Positions 19,840-30,252 of a stretch of 64,000 nt of DNA are shown in pieces. Source of the stretch: Nitrospinaceae bacterium (GTDB lineage Bacteria; Nitrospinota; Nitrospinia; Nitrospinales; Nitrospinaceae); NCBI GenBank assembly GCA_965237905.1, contig OZ250172.1, forward strand, positions 2,144,001 through 2,208,000. The letters run 5' to 3'. The notes under the pieces are model-generated. The model made no database searches. It was given only the letters and a program-made list of their open reading frames with translations, and had not been told where the DNA came from. The position numbers were made by a program, and so were the translations under genes. Position 1 is the stretch's first letter. Every line of letters starts with the position of its first letter.

Positions 19840-21648
19840 TTATGCAGTTAAAGTCTGTAATTCGCCGACCAGCTCCCCGAATTTTCCCAATGCGGTTTCG
19901 ATCGGCTTGGGAGAGCTCATGTCCACTCCCGCACCCTTCAAAAGATCGATGGGGAATTTGGAACCTCCCGACTTTAAAAAGTTGAGGTAAGCACTCAGTT
20001 CCTTTTCGCCGCCGTTGAGGACTTTGTTCGCCAGCGCATAAGCGGCGGAAATACCGGTGGCGTATTTGTAAACGTAAAACCCGAAATAAAAATGCGGGAT
20101 GCGGAAACACTCGAGTGACAGGCAGGGGTCCAGCACCACGCCGTCGCCGAAATAGGTTTCCATCAGTTTTCTGTAAATGTCCTGGAAGGCGTCCACCGTC
20201 ATCGGTTGCCCCACTTCGGCGGCCTGGTAAATTTGATGTTCGAACTCGGCGAACATGGTCTGCCGGATCAGCGTGCCGCGGAAATTGTCGATCTCCCGGC
20301 AGATCAGGTAAATGCGCATATCGCGGTTGATGTCCTGACTCAAAAAGTATCGTGTCAACAGCGCCTCGTTGAAGGTGGAAGCGACCTCTGCAACGAAAAT
20401 GGTGTAGTCGGCGTAGATATAAGGTTGATTTTTATTTGAAGAGTGCGAATGCATGGAATGGCCCGCTTCATGCGCGAGGGTGTAGACGCTGTTGATGTTG
20501 TCGTCCAGATAGTTCATCAGGATGAACGGATTGGAATCGTAACAGCCGGAGGAGTAGGCGCCGCTTCGCTTGCCCTTGTTTTCATAACGGTCTACCCAGC
20601 GCTTATCGAGCAATCCCTCTTTCATGGTGCCGACGTAATCGCTTCCCAGAGGGGCCAGCGCTTCGCATATCTTATCCACCGCCTCCTCGTAAGGCATGTT
20701 CCATTGGATGTCCTTCACCAGAGGAACACTGTTGTCGTAGGCGTGCAGTTCGTCCAGACCCAGCATTCGTTTTCGTATATCGAAATACTGATAGAGCGGG
20801 CCCAGATGATTGCGCACGGTTTGTATCAAATTGTCGTACACCTCGATGGGAATATTTTCGTAGAACAGGTTCATTTCGCGGACGGAAGGATAGTTTCTCG
20901 CCTGCGCGTAAAAAATATCTTTTTTGAGACTGCCGGACAGCAAGGTCGAGTAGGTGAACTTATGATCTTCGTAAGCCTTGTAGAACGTTTCGAAGGCTTC
21001 CTTCCGGACCCGCCGGTCTTGCTTTTGCAGGAGACTTTGCAGGTTGCCCTGGGTGATGGCAATCTCTTTTCCTTCTTCGTCTTTCACCGTGCCCAGTTTC
21101 AGATCAGCATTGTCCAGCATACCGAACGCATTTTGCGGCGCGCGCGCGATTTCCGATGATGCCGCCAGCAGGGCCTCTTCTTTTTTTGAAAGCGTATGTT
21201 TACGGTAGCGCAACTGCCGTTCGAGATACAGTCGATACAGCTCCAAGTCCGGGTGGTCGAGAAATCCCTGCATCGTCGCTTCCGGGATTTCCATGATCTC
21301 CGAATTGATAAAACTCCGCGCCTGCTGATATTGGGTCAGCAAGCGGGTGACCTTTTCATAGTTGCCCTGATGGAGGTTGTTGGTTTTATCTTCATCGTTG
21401 CGCAGGTGGGCGAAGGTGTGCACCTTCTCCAAGGTCCGGGAAAACGCCATATCGAATTCCAGACAGGCTTTGAGCTTGTCGGCGGATTCTCCCAACGTTC
21501 CCTGGAACGATACATACTGTTGCATCTGCGATTCCAGAGATTGGAAATCCGCCTGCCAGGTTTCGGCCGATGCGTACAGGCCGTCCAAATCCCACGTGCC
21601 ATTCGCCGGGATGGAGTCTCGGGTTGTGAGTTCTGCGATTGCTTCCAT
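19840..21648 (-). CDS. pepF: Oligoendopeptidase F (M3B)
   Basis: TWDL, KGKRSGAYS, HEAGHSMH (HExxH), AEVASTFNE, RIPHFY. Confidence 0.95.
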   Translation of the reverse strand: MEAIAELTTRDSIPANGTWDLDGLYASAETWQADFQSLESQMQQYVSFQGTLGESADKLKACLEFDMAFSRTLEKVHTFAHLRNDEDKTNNLHQGNYEKVTRLLTQYQQARSFINSEIMEIPEATMQGFLDHPDLELYRLYLERQLRYRKHTLSKKEEALLAASSEIARAPQNAFGMLDNADLKLGTVKDEEGKEIAITQGNLQSLLQKQDRRVRKEAFETFYKAYEDHKFTYSTLLSGSLKKDIFYAQARNYPSVREMNLFYENIPIEVYDNLIQTVRNHLGPLYQYFDIRKRMLGLDELHAYDNSVPLVKDIQWNMPYEEAVDKICEALAPLGSDYVGTMKEGLLDKRWVDRYENKGKRSGAYSSGCYDSNPFILMNYLDDNINSVYTLAHEAGHSMHSHSSNKNQPYIYADYTIFVAEVASTFNEALLTRYFLSQDINRDMRIYLICREIDNFRGTLIRQTMFAEFEHQIYQAAEVGQPMTVDAFQDIYRKLMETYFGDGVVLDPCLSLECFRIPHFYFGFYVYKYATGISAAYALANKVLNGGEKELSAYLNFLKSGGSKFPIDLLKGAGVDMSSPKPIETALGKFGELVGELQTLTA

Positions 21649-21708
21649 GTATTAAAACTTAAACCCAGTGATTGGGGGAAAGTACTCAACCAACTTCAGT
21701 AAGAGGGG

Positions 21709-24360
21709 TCAGGCCAAGGCCTGCTCGATAGTTTTCAAATGAACTTGAAGTTTGGTTTGCTTTTCCGACAGGTCCTTGTGTTTCTGCCGGTCCTTTTCGA
21801 TAACGTCCGGAGGCGCCTTATCTACGAAATTGGGGTTGGAAAGCTTCTTACTTAAAAATATGATCTCTTTTTCAACTTTTTTCAACTCTTTTTCGATACG
21901 CTTTTTTTCCTCTCCAAAATCCATCAAACCTTCCAAAGGTACGATGACCTCCGCGCCGCTCAAAATCGAAGAGGCAGAGACCTTTGGTTTGACCACCGAA
22001 GGGCCGACCTCCAGGTCCTCCAGCCGTGCCAGCTCTATGACGTAATGTGCAGAAGTATTGGTGATTAGCTCCTTTTCGGAGTCGTTCGTTCTAATTCGAA
22101 GAGGGATTTTGAGGCTGGGTTTCAGGTTCATCTCGCCACGGATATTGCGGGCGGCATTAATGATTTCCATGACCCACTGTAAATGTGTTTCTGCTTCGGC
22201 ATCCTCACGTTTCGGATCAAATTCGGGGAACGGTGCAACCATTATGCTGTCCCCGTCCTTCGGCAATTTCTGCCAGATCTCCTCGGTGATGAACGGCATG
22301 AACGGATGCAGTAATTTCAATGTCGCTTCCAATGCATGAACCAGGACATTCTGGGTAGCATGTTTTTCGTCCGTATTATTCGAATTCAGGCGCGATTTCG
22401 AAAGCTCGATATACCAGTCACAAAACTCATTCCAGATAAATTTGTAGAGAGCCGTCGCGGCATCGTTGAACCGAAACGCTTCCAGGGCCACCTGGACGTC
22501 CTGCGCGGTGCGGTTGAGGCGGCTGAGGATCCAACGATCCGCCAAGCTCTGGTGCTTGCTGGCTTCCAGTGCGCAGGTGCCCTGGTAATCTTCCAGATTC
22601 ATAAAAGCGAACCGCGATGCGTTCCACAGCTTGTTGCAGAAGTTGCGGTAGCCGTCGATGCGTTCCTCGTCCAGCTTGATGTCGCGTCCCTGCGCGGCAA
22701 ATGCCGCCAGCGTGAACCGGAGCGCGTCCGTTCCGTATTGATCCATCACCGCCAAAGGGTCGATGACGTTGCCCTTGGTCTTACTCATCTTTTGTCCTTC
22801 GGCATCGCGGATCAGGGCGTGGATATAAACATGGTGAAACGGGATGTCGTCCATGAACTTCAGTCCCATCATGATCATGCGCGCCACCCAAAAGAACAGG
22901 ATGTCGAACCCGGTACACAGTACGGAGGTGGGGTAGAATCTTTTCAATGACTCGGTTTGATCCGGCCAGCCGAGAGTGGAAAACGGCCACAGGGCGGAGC
23001 TGAACCAGGTGTCCAGTACGTCGGTTTCCTGCACGAGGTCGGACCCGCCGCAATGTTTGCAGGCCGACGGTGTTTCGCGTGCCACAGTGAACTCGTTGCA
23101 TTTTCCACAGGTCCAGGCCGGTATCTGGTGGCCCCACCAGATTTGCCGGGAGATGCACCAGTCGCGGATGTTCTCCATCCATTCAAAATACGTGTTCTCC
23201 CAGAATTTTGGAACGATTTGGATAGTCCCGTTACGCACCACCTCGATCGCCGGTTTCGCCAGGGGTTTGGTTTTCACGAACCATTGTTTGGACAGATACG
23301 GTTCGACCACCGTCTTGCACCGGTAGCAATGGCCGACCTTATGCGTATGGTCTTCGATCTTGACCAGCAAATCCTGTGTTTTCAAATCTTCGACAATGGC
23401 TTTCCGCGCCTCGAACCGATCCTGTCCTTTATAAGGCCCGGCCTTATCGTTCATGCGCGCATCCGTGTCCATGACGTTGATCGATTCCAATTTATGGCGT
23501 TGGCCAATTTCAAAGTCGTTGGGATCGTGTGCCGGAGTGACCTTCAATGCGCCGGTGCCGAATTCGGTATCGACGTAACTGTCTTCGATCACCGGCAGTT
23601 CCCGTTTCAGCAGAGGCAGGATGACTTTTTTTCCGCCCTGACCCTTGTGCCGCGGGTCTTCCGGGTTGATGGCCACCGCCGTATCGCCCAGCATGGTTTC
23701 GGGACGCGTGGTGGCGACGATCAATGCGCCGCTTCCGTCCTTCAACGGATATTTGATATGGTACAAATGTCCCGGTTTTTCCTGGTGCTCGACTTCGAGG
23801 TCGGACAACGCGGTGTGGCACCGGGGACAGCAGTTGATGATGTAGTCGCCTTTATAGATCAATCCTTCGTCATAAAGAGAAACGAACACCTCACGCACCG
23901 CACGCGACAACCCTTCATCCATCGTGAACCGGTCGCGTTCCCAGTCCAGCGAACAGCCCAATTGCACCAGTTGATGAGTGATGTTGCCGCCGGATTCCTT
24001 TTTCCATTGCCAGACGCGCTCGATAAATTTTTCGCGCCCGACTTCCTGGCGATTGGTGCCTTCGGCCTGGAGCTGGCGTTCGACCACGTTCTGCGTGGCG
24101 ATGCCGGCGTGGTCGGTGCCCGGTTGCCACAGGGTGTTGATGCCGAGCATTCTTTTCCAGCGCGCCATGATGTCCTGCAGGGTATTGTTGAACGCATGGC
24201 CCATGTGCAGGGATCCGGTAATGTTAGGCGGCGGGATGGCCATGGAAAATGTTTCACCGTCACGCGCTTCATCGGCATGCGCCAGACGGAGCTTGGCCCA
24301 ATACTCGAGCCACCGCTTTTCGACATCATGCGGTTGATATTGTTTGTCCAACTGGATCAT
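21709..24360 (-). CDS. valS: Valine--tRNA ligase
   Basis: PPPNITGSLHMGH, WCISRQ, DTWFSS, KMSKT, C-terminal coiled arm. Confidence 0.98.
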   Translation of the reverse strand: MIQLDKQYQPHDVEKRWLEYWAKLRLAHADEARDGETFSMAIPPPNITGSLHMGHAFNNTLQDIMARWKRMLGINTLWQPGTDHAGIATQNVVERQLQAEGTNRQEVGREKFIERVWQWKKESGGNITHQLVQLGCSLDWERDRFTMDEGLSRAVREVFVSLYDEGLIYKGDYIINCCPRCHTALSDLEVEHQEKPGHLYHIKYPLKDGSGALIVATTRPETMLGDTAVAINPEDPRHKGQGGKKVILPLLKRELPVIEDSYVDTEFGTGALKVTPAHDPNDFEIGQRHKLESINVMDTDARMNDKAGPYKGQDRFEARKAIVEDLKTQDLLVKIEDHTHKVGHCYRCKTVVEPYLSKQWFVKTKPLAKPAIEVVRNGTIQIVPKFWENTYFEWMENIRDWCISRQIWWGHQIPAWTCGKCNEFTVARETPSACKHCGGSDLVQETDVLDTWFSSALWPFSTLGWPDQTESLKRFYPTSVLCTGFDILFFWVARMIMMGLKFMDDIPFHHVYIHALIRDAEGQKMSKTKGNVIDPLAVMDQYGTDALRFTLAAFAAQGRDIKLDEERIDGYRNFCNKLWNASRFAFMNLEDYQGTCALEASKHQSLADRWILSRLNRTAQDVQVALEAFRFNDAATALYKFIWNEFCDWYIELSKSRLNSNNTDEKHATQNVLVHALEATLKLLHPFMPFITEEIWQKLPKDGDSIMVAPFPEFDPKREDAEAETHLQWVMEIINAARNIRGEMNLKPSLKIPLRIRTNDSEKELITNTSAHYVIELARLEDLEVGPSVVKPKVSASSILSGAEVIVPLEGLMDFGEEKKRIEKELKKVEKEIIFLSKKLSNPNFVDKAPPDVIEKDRQKHKDLSEKQTKLQVHLKTIEQALA

Positions 24361-24506
24361 AGACTGTCTTCTGTTAATCCTGCTTCAATAAAAATCCCAC
24401 CGAGCCTCAAGGCATTTTTCGGGGTATTCAAAAAAAATATCGGAGGGGTTGCGCTTGCGGGAAAGGAGGGATGTTATCACAAAATCCAGGGAGCGGGAAT
24501 CCTGTT

Positions 24507-25655
24507 TCAGGCATCTTTCATTTTTTTGATCGTTTCGATTTCTTCCTGGATGACCTTCCGGATGATTTTTGGCGCTACCTCTCTCAGTACCTGCCGCACG
24601 GTTTTTTCGAAGGAAGCCGGAGTATCGTGCCTCGCATCTTCTGGAATCTGGCCTGATATGTAATCCAGATGCTCATCGATGATGCGGTTCGCCAGGGAGG
24701 AGCCGGCGGCGTCCCTTGTAGGCGCGGGGCCTTTCTCGGCCTCCGTTTTCGAAATGGGGGTGATTTTCAGTTCTTCCTCAACCGGATGGCTGGCCATGAA
24801 AGAAAGCGTTTCTTCGATCAGGTTCGGTTTGGAGCCGGGTTTCCGTTTCGGGGCGTCTTTCAACTCGGATTTGGGGGATGAGAGGACCGATTGAAACATC
24901 GAGTTTAAATCACCCATCTTTACTTTAACGGGACGAGTTTCCGCACGGAGAGTTTCCTCCGAGATGTCCGCAGTGATCCCTGGAGTTACTTTTATTTTCG
25001 GATTATCCTGGGGCAGTTTTTTATCCTCTCTGGTTTTTTCCGCAGGTCGAGGCCTTTCTTCCCGGGACTTCTCAATTTTTAGTACAGAGGGAGCATCGGT
25101 CTCTAAATCGATTTCCTCTATAGAGGGTTTGGAATCTTTGTCTTCAGCGAATAATTGTTTGACCGGGTCGGAAGTGGATTCTTTTGGCTTATTGACGATA
25201 TCCTTGAACTCGTTTAGGATCACCTCGCTGTTCTCTGGTTCCTGAGGGGATTCGGTTCTCTTTGCCTGCGCTTCTTTTCCCGGTTCGGGTATTTTTAATT
25301 GCGATTTGACTTTTTTGAGGATTTCTTCAGTTTTAAAGGGTTTGGAAATAAAATCATCCGCCCGCGAAATTTCCAGTTCCACCTGGTCGATATCCTCAAA
25401 ATCGCTGGTGAGTAGAATCACCCGGACGGCTCCAAAGGATGGGGAATTTTTGATCTGCCGGCAGAGTTCATATCCGTCGATCCCCGGCAAATGAATGTCT
25501 GCGAGAACGATATCGGGTTGAAATTCCCACATATACTCCAGGACGTGTTCGCCTCGGCTGATGCCTTCCACCGTAATGCCCTCATCTTCAAATGCCATGG
25601 CCACGATTTTGTGGATGGTGGGGCTTTCGTCGGCTACCAGTATTTTTGCACTCAT
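24507..25655 (-). CDS. Response regulator, RomR-like (receiver, disordered linker, C-terminal helix)
   Basis: KILVADES.TI, PDIVLADI, GYELC, KPF; Pro/Glu/Lys-rich linker; EVAPKIIRKVIQEEIE C-terminus. Confidence 0.8.
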   Translation of the reverse strand: MSAKILVADESPTIHKIVAMAFEDEGITVEGISRGEHVLEYMWEFQPDIVLADIHLPGIDGYELCRQIKNSPSFGAVRVILLTSDFEDIDQVELEISRADDFISKPFKTEEILKKVKSQLKIPEPGKEAQAKRTESPQEPENSEVILNEFKDIVNKPKESTSDPVKQLFAEDKDSKPSIEEIDLETDAPSVLKIEKSREERPRPAEKTREDKKLPQDNPKIKVTPGITADISEETLRAETRPVKVKMGDLNSMFQSVLSSPKSELKDAPKRKPGSKPNLIEETLSFMASHPVEEELKITPISKTEAEKGPAPTRDAAGSSLANRIIDEHLDYISGQIPEDARHDTPASFEKTVRQVLREVAPKIIRKVIQEEIETIKKMKDA

Positions 25656-25851
25656 GGAAAACATCCCTTATTCTGGAACGGGTATCGAAACCGTTTGAGA
25701 ATAGTCGAATCGCTATTAAGAAACGGGCAGGAAGTCTGCTAACTACTTAAAAAGTATAACACAAGCCTTCTTCGGCGGGCAATGTAGGGAAGGCTCTCAA
25801 AGTCCCTGGTTTTTTGCCTCGCTGGATAAGCGGAGTGGTAACATAATTGGA

Positions 25852-27732
25852 ATGGAAATTCGTATGATGTGGACAATGCTCAAGCAGAATCTCCCAATTG
25901 GAAAGAGTACCGAGAAAACGGTTTGGGACCGTTGGGCCCGACGGGTAGCGGCCTTTCTAGTGGTTCTGGCCCTCTGGCCACAGGGGGTGCAGGCGGAATA
26001 CCCGCAATGGGATCTGGCGGCCGACGTCAAGTCACGCTTCAGCACCGGGTGTTCCTCGGTTCAGGAACTGATGACCCAGGCAGAAGCCAGGGGATTGGAC
26101 AGCCTCTTGTTTGGCGACCACGACCGCAAATCCATTCAATACGGGGTCCCGTATGTGGAGAGAATCCTCCGTATCAAAATGGGCAGTCCTTCCTTATTGG
26201 ACAACGGCGCGACCACTTACCTGAGCGAGATCAACCAGATCGACCAAACGGATGACACCCTGGTTCTGGTGCCGGGGGTGGAAAGCGCACCGTTTTACTA
26301 TTGGACAGGCAACCCGCTGGACAAAAACCTCGTTGCCCACAACTGGGACAAGCACCTGCTGATCATCGGCCTTCCTAATTCCCGGGATTATGAAGAACTG
26401 CCCACGTTGAACAGCAGTTTCACCACCCGTTACCTGGGAGACGGTTATCTTCTTTTCCTGATATTTTGTATCGCGGCGCTGATCGGTCTTTACGGTTTTA
26501 TGGGCAAGCGCCGGCGCGGCATCTCTTTTATGTTTGCTCTGGTCATGGCCTTGCTGGCCGCCAATACGCACCCTTTTAAAAGTTCTCCTTTCGATCAGTA
26601 TCATGGTGACCAGGGAGTCGAGCCTTATCAATACTTGATCGATTACGCGGACTCCAAAGGGGCGCTGGTGTTTTGGAATCATCTGGAAACACCGGTGAGT
26701 GACGAACTCCACGGCGATCTGATCCAAGTGAAAACCCGGACGGACAGTCATCCCGAGGACCTGTTGCTGACGCGCCGTTACACCGGATTCCAGGCGATGA
26801 GTACTTCCCAGGTATCCGCCGTTGAACCCGGAAAGGAATGGGATCAGGTGCTCATGCAGTATCTCGACGGCAAGCGGGACCGCCCGGTGTGGGGTTACGG
26901 TCCCAACGATTTTCGTTGCAGAGGGAAGGATGGGGATCTCTTGGGCGGAGTGCGGACCGTGGTGCTGGCGAAGCAGAAAAGTCGGCCCGCCTTAGTGAAA
27001 GCTCTTGGAGCAGGACGCATGTACGCAGTGAAACAGGGAGAGGGCAAGAATCGCCTGTCTCTGGATTCGTTTGAGTTAATAGACTCTGCAACCGGCAACC
27101 GGGCGGTGATGGGGGAAGAACTTAAAACCGCGGGCCCACCGGACATAGAACTCAAAATAAATATGACGGACGGTGAATCCAATGCCCGCGCTCATATCCG
27201 CCTCATCCGCAATGGTCAGGTGGTGAAACAGGGTTTGCTCAGCCTGCCGTATGAGGGCGTGTGGCAGGATGCCTTACCTCCGCATCGGGGGTATTACCGG
27301 TTGTTGGTGGAGGTTGACGCCCACAACCAACTGGTTTCCAATCCCATCTTCTTTAATTCCGGACACAGCCAGAAAACAGAAGTGGCTTCGGCAACGACGG
27401 ATGCGCTCCCCGCGCCTGATCCTCCACCGGCCTCTCCGGTCAAGGATAGTGCCGTGCCGCTTCCAACCCAGGAAGAAACAGCGCTTGCCCCCGCAACCGA
27501 ACCCCCGGCTCTCATAGAAAAATATGTAGAAGTGACGGGCCGCGGTGTCCGGCTCCGCAAAGGACCCAGCACCCAGTTCCCGGTGGTGGGGAAAGTTACC
27601 CAGGGCGAGCGACTGCTCTTCGTTCGCCGGACGGACGTGATGTTCTACAGCAAACCCTGGATCGTGATTAAAAAAGAGGGGGAACTTGCCTACGTGTGGG
27701 AAGGGCTCGTCAAAGAACTGCCGGATGATTAG
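25852..27732 (+). CDS. Exported PHP-like domain protein with internal TM hairpin and C-terminal SH3b domain
   Basis: GLD.L.FGDHD, PGVE, HLL, WNH, ALGAGRMY; VRLRKGPSTQFPVVG; start codon uncertain. Confidence 0.7.
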   Translation: MEIRMMWTMLKQNLPIGKSTEKTVWDRWARRVAAFLVVLALWPQGVQAEYPQWDLAADVKSRFSTGCSSVQELMTQAEARGLDSLLFGDHDRKSIQYGVPYVERILRIKMGSPSLLDNGATTYLSEINQIDQTDDTLVLVPGVESAPFYYWTGNPLDKNLVAHNWDKHLLIIGLPNSRDYEELPTLNSSFTTRYLGDGYLLFLIFCIAALIGLYGFMGKRRRGISFMFALVMALLAANTHPFKSSPFDQYHGDQGVEPYQYLIDYADSKGALVFWNHLETPVSDELHGDLIQVKTRTDSHPEDLLLTRRYTGFQAMSTSQVSAVEPGKEWDQVLMQYLDGKRDRPVWGYGPNDFRCRGKDGDLLGGVRTVVLAKQKSRPALVKALGAGRMYAVKQGEGKNRLSLDSFELIDSATGNRAVMGEELKTAGPPDIELKINMTDGESNARAHIRLIRNGQVVKQGLLSLPYEGVWQDALPPHRGYYRLLVEVDAHNQLVSNPIFFNSGHSQKTEVASATTDALPAPDPPPASPVKDSAVPLPTQEETALAPATEPPALIEKYVEVTGRGVRLRKGPSTQFPVVGKVTQGERLLFVRRTDVMFYSKPWIVIKKEGELAYVWEGLVKELPDD

Positions 27733-28277
27733 CGGAATTGATTCACCCGCGTTCCCTTGTTCAGCGTGTACAGAAACAGTGTTTTGTCGGCGCTGACTTT
27801 ATCCGGAGTCATGCCCTGAATGCAGAACCGGTAACAGAGAATTTTGACCGTAGGTTTCAATTGATCGAGAATGTCCGGGAATAACTTGTCGATGGCCTGG
27901 TGGGTGAGGTAGATGAACAGGATGTCGGCCTCCCGATAGTTGGTGTCGAAGATGTTGGCGCGCACGATCTTTACCTTGTCCGGCACTCCCGCAAAGCGCA
28001 CCCTTAAGTTTGCCAGCCACACCTTGATCGGATCGATTTCGATTCCCGTTCCCAGCAGACCATAATCCTTTGCGGCGGTGATCAACACCCGTCCGTCGCC
28101 CGAACCCAGATCGACAATATGTTCTCCCGCCTGCGTTTCGCAGAAATCCAGCGCGCGTTTCAAATCCCTGCGGGAGATCGGATGCCACGGCGAACCGAAC
28201 AGTGCCGGACCGATCACCATCACCGCTAACAGCAATGCGGCTCCGATGGCAAAAATGGAAATCAAAGTGGTGGTCAT
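27729..28277 (-). CDS. Class I SAM-dependent methyltransferase with N-terminal membrane anchor
   Basis: DLGSGDGR, GIEID. Confidence 0.88.
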   Translation of the reverse strand: MTTTLISIFAIGAALLLAVMVIGPALFGSPWHPISRRDLKRALDFCETQAGEHIVDLGSGDGRVLITAAKDYGLLGTGIEIDPIKVWLANLRVRFAGVPDKVKIVRANIFDTNYREADILFIYLTHQAIDKLFPDILDQLKPTVKILCYRFCIQGMTPDKVSADKTLFLYTLNKGTRVNQFR

Positions 28278-28280
28278 AAA

Positions 28281-30236
28281 TTAAGAGGCCGGGGTGTTTT
28301 GGATGTCCTCGATTTGCTCGGATAATAGATCCCATTCCTTCGTGAGTTTGCCTTCTTTCCACGCCAGGTCTTTTTGCTGTTCCAGTGTTGCCGTCAGGTC
28401 GCTTTTCTGGTTGTCTTCATACAAAGAAGAATCGGCCAGTTTTGTTTCGGCGGTTTGTTTTTCCTGCATGATTGCTTCCAGTTTCTTTTCGACTTGCTTC
28501 AGTTGATCTTGGAGGGGCTTGAGCTGGCGGTAACGTTGATTGCGCGCTTCGGCTTCCTGCCGTTTGCGTTGCTTGTCTTTTTTCGAGAAACTCGTTTTCT
28601 TCGGAGCGGCGGATTCCAGTTCTGTAGCGGCAACCGTTTCCGCCTCACGCGACTTGGCCCATTCGTAATCGCTGTAACTGCCGACGTATTCTTTGATGTT
28701 TCCAGCGTTCACTTCCCACACGCGGTCGATGATGCCGTCCAGAAAATACCGGTCATGCGAGATGGTGACCAGTGTCCCCTCGTAATCCGTCAGCGCCGCC
28801 GCCAGCATTTCGCAGGATCGCATGTCGAGGTGGTTGGTGGGCTCATCCAGTAACAGGAACGGGGCGGGGGAAGCGAGCATGCGTGCCAGCGACAGGCGCG
28901 ATCGCTCCCCGCCGGAAAGCACCGAAACTTTTTTCTGAACGTCATCGCCGGAAAACAGAAACGCGCCGAGGATACTCTGCTTGCGGGTGCGTGGCATATT
29001 GCCCGACACTTCTTCCAGCGATTCGAGGACGGTATGATTGCCGTCCAGAGTCTCGATCTGGTGTTGCGCGAAATAGGCGCGGGTGACATTTGTCCCCAGT
29101 ATGATATCGCCCTTTTCATACTCGATCACTCCCGCCAGCAATTTCAGCAAGGTGGATTTGCCCGCGCCGTTTTCCCCGACCAGTGCCACCTTGAACCCAC
29201 GTTCTACCAGGATGGAGAAATCACGGTACACCGTCACGTCTCCGTAACTTTTGCACACGTTCTTGACCTCCGCCACAAGGCGGCCGGTGCGCTTCGGTTG
29301 CGGAAAACGGAACTGAATCGTCTTCGATTTCTGGAAAGTCTCGACTTTATCCATTTTCTCCAGCATCTTGATTTTACTTTTTACCTGGGTGGCCTTGGAG
29401 TTTTTGGCGCGAAAGCGTTCGATGAACTTCTCCACCTGATCGACGCGCCGGGTCTGGTTGGCGGCCTCGGCTTCCAGTTGAGCGATGCGTTCCGCCTTTA
29501 ATCTTTCGTAGGTGTCGTAAGTACCCGTGTAAACACCCAGCTTGCCGCGGTCGAGTTCGATGATGCGGCCCACCAGCGCATTCAGAAAACGCCGGTCATG
29601 AGAGATGAGCAGAATGCTTCCATCATAATTTTTAAGAAACGATTCCAGCCAGATGACGGATTGCAGGTCGAGGTGGTTGGTCGGTTCGTCGAGCAGGAGT
29701 ACATCCGGGTTCTGCAACAACAGCCGCGCCAGTTCCGCCCGCATGCGCCAGCCACCGGAAAACTTTTCGAGCGGTTGATCCAATTGATCGATCTTGAAGG
29801 ACAGTCCCAGAAGGATTGTTTTGGCGCGGGATTCGCGTTCGTAACCGCCCAGCCGTTCAAACTCGTGTTGCAGGCGACCGTAGCGTTTGCTCCATTCCTC
29901 CGGCGCGCGCTCATGATATTCCGAGTCGTTTTCCAATTGGTTCATTTCCTGTTGGACGTCACTGAAGTGGGAGTCGCCGTGGACCACGCGATCCAGCACC
30001 GTACCTCTGGCCAATTGGAGTTCCTGCGCCAGCATGGCGGTGCGGGCGCCCTTGCGCAGAACGATTTTGCCCCCGTCCAGTTCTTCCTGATTCACAATGG
30101 CGCGGAAGAGCGTGGTTTTGCCCATACCGTTTTCGCCGATCAGGCCGATGCGCTCCTTCGGCCTCAGGTGAAAAGTGATGTCGTCGAACAGCACCTTGGG
30201 GCCGAATTGTTTTTTGAGATTCTGCAGATAAATCAT
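28281..30236 (-). CDS. ABC-F family ATPase
   Basis: Two ABC cassettes (GENGMGKT, SGGWRMR, DEPTNHLD twice), no TM domain, C-terminal coiled coil. Confidence 0.95.
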   Translation of the reverse strand: MIYLQNLKKQFGPKVLFDDITFHLRPKERIGLIGENGMGKTTLFRAIVNQEELDGGKIVLRKGARTAMLAQELQLARGTVLDRVVHGDSHFSDVQQEMNQLENDSEYHERAPEEWSKRYGRLQHEFERLGGYERESRAKTILLGLSFKIDQLDQPLEKFSGGWRMRAELARLLLQNPDVLLLDEPTNHLDLQSVIWLESFLKNYDGSILLISHDRRFLNALVGRIIELDRGKLGVYTGTYDTYERLKAERIAQLEAEAANQTRRVDQVEKFIERFRAKNSKATQVKSKIKMLEKMDKVETFQKSKTIQFRFPQPKRTGRLVAEVKNVCKSYGDVTVYRDFSILVERGFKVALVGENGAGKSTLLKLLAGVIEYEKGDIILGTNVTRAYFAQHQIETLDGNHTVLESLEEVSGNMPRTRKQSILGAFLFSGDDVQKKVSVLSGGERSRLSLARMLASPAPFLLLDEPTNHLDMRSCEMLAAALTDYEGTLVTISHDRYFLDGIIDRVWEVNAGNIKEYVGSYSDYEWAKSREAETVAATELESAAPKKTSFSKKDKQRKRQEAEARNQRYRQLKPLQDQLKQVEKKLEAIMQEKQTAETKLADSSLYEDNQKSDLTATLEQQKDLAWKEGKLTKEWDLLSEQIEDIQNTPAS

Positions 30237-30252
30237 GGAGTGAACAAACCGA

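Noticed and set aside
22957..24663. Long antisense ORFs (568 aa here; also 10624-12075, 6499-7794, 37047-37964, 3638-4738)
   Set aside because: Shadow frames of well-supported genes, caused by GC3 codon bias
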